From positions 1,218,770 through 1,242,769 of the forward strand of contig NZ_CP038865.1 of the NCBI RefSeq assembly GCF_004792515.1: a stretch of DNA of 24,000 bases. The letters run 5' to 3'. The notes under the pieces were generated by a model. That model was not told where the DNA came from. It saw only the letters and a list, made by a program, of their open reading frames with translations, and did not search any database. The stretch comes from Vagococcus xieshaowenii. Lineage in GTDB: Bacteria; Bacillota; Bacilli; Lactobacillales; Vagococcaceae. Shown one piece after another: positions 22,588 to 24,000 of the stretch. Positions within the stretch are counted from its first letter, which is position 1; every line of letters starts with the position of its first letter. Position numbers and translations under genes: made by a program.

Positions 22588-22779
22588 TTAATCAAATAAT
22601 TTAGACCAGTCATTATGCAAGCTTGAAACGCCACGTGAGTGTTTTTCAGTCGCACGGTTACAGTATTCTTTATCATTGACTTTTTTATTGAATTGATAGA
22701 TTTTATAGCGTTCCACAATGCTTAGGTACTTAGAGTTTTTTTGGATAATACCGAGTACCGTACTTTTTCTCTTTAACAC
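22588..22779 (-). CDS. Hypothetical small basic protein (63 aa from GTG 22779; 71 aa if TTG 22803)
   Basis: The ORF lies between a strong promoter and a terminator. GTG 22779 has the SD-like GGAAGGG 6 nt upstream. TTG 22803 has no SD and would sit only about 11 nt from the predicted transcription start. The protein is Lys/Arg-rich, and I recognise no family. Confidence 0.45.
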   Translation of the reverse strand: MLKRKSTVLGIIQKNSKYLSIVERYKIYQFNKKVNDKEYCNRATEKHSRGVSSLHNDWSKLFD

Positions 22780-22820
22780 TGCTTTCCCTTCCTTTTCCTT
22801 CAAATAAACAACCGAGGATT

Positions 22821-22849
22821 ATTATAATTCATAACAAACATTTTGTCAT
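22821..22849 (-). promoter_or_regulatory. Sigma-A promoter of the small ORF
   Basis: On the minus strand, ATGACA (22849-22844) is followed by a 17-nt spacer and a perfect TATAAT (22826-22821). Confidence 0.6.
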
Positions 22850-22914
22850 TAGTTTCTAGATTTTTAGATGATTTTCTACTAATTTTTTACCGATTTCTTA
22901 CCATTTTTTAACAA

Positions 22915-22954
22915 TAAAAAAACCTATGTTCTGTCATTTGACTAGAAACATAGG
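22915..22954 (-). terminator. Rho-independent terminator of mnmA
   Basis: An 11-bp perfect stem pairs acctatgttct (22922-22932) with agaacataggt (22944-22954). The A7 run at 22915-22921 gives the U-tail on the minus strand. Confidence 0.8.
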
Positions 22955-22970
22955 TCGTTTTACTATTTCT

Positions 22971-24000
<1,030 letters not shown>

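Overview
Low-GC Firmicutes chromosome, Lactobacillales-like by protein similarity (for example Enterococcaceae or Carnobacteriaceae; this is a guess). Every supportable gene is on the minus strand. From right to left the window contains: (1) the 3' part of mnmA. (2) An orphan small basic ORF with its own promoter and terminator. (3) A complete sufC-sufD-sufS-sufU-sufB Fe-S assembly operon. (4) A RAT/terminator-controlled beta-glucoside PTS operon (licT-bglP-bglA) that carries an M20D amidohydrolase as an unusual fourth gene. (5) A tightly coupled nine-gene operon homologous to the E. coli php/yhfS-yhfZ cluster, which has no assigned substrate to my knowledge, plus an extra short amidase-signature gene. 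(6) At the left edge, a 701-codon ORF that is missing from the supplied ORF track because its stop lies outside the window. It encodes a McrB-type AAA+ motor behind a roughly 580-aa N-terminal region I cannot assign to any family, and it is the best candidate here for a novel defence-type system. Its nuclease partner, if any, would lie beyond position 1. An imperfect direct repeat of about 75-85 bp, terminator hairpin included, sits just downstream of sufB and again about 14.8 kb away. The two copies bracket the two AT-richer catabolic operons, which suggests an inserted block. I found no tRNA, rRNA, CRISPR array, transposase or integrase. Several longest-ORF starts in the track are probably too long and were re-called using Shine-Dalgarno (SD) spacing.
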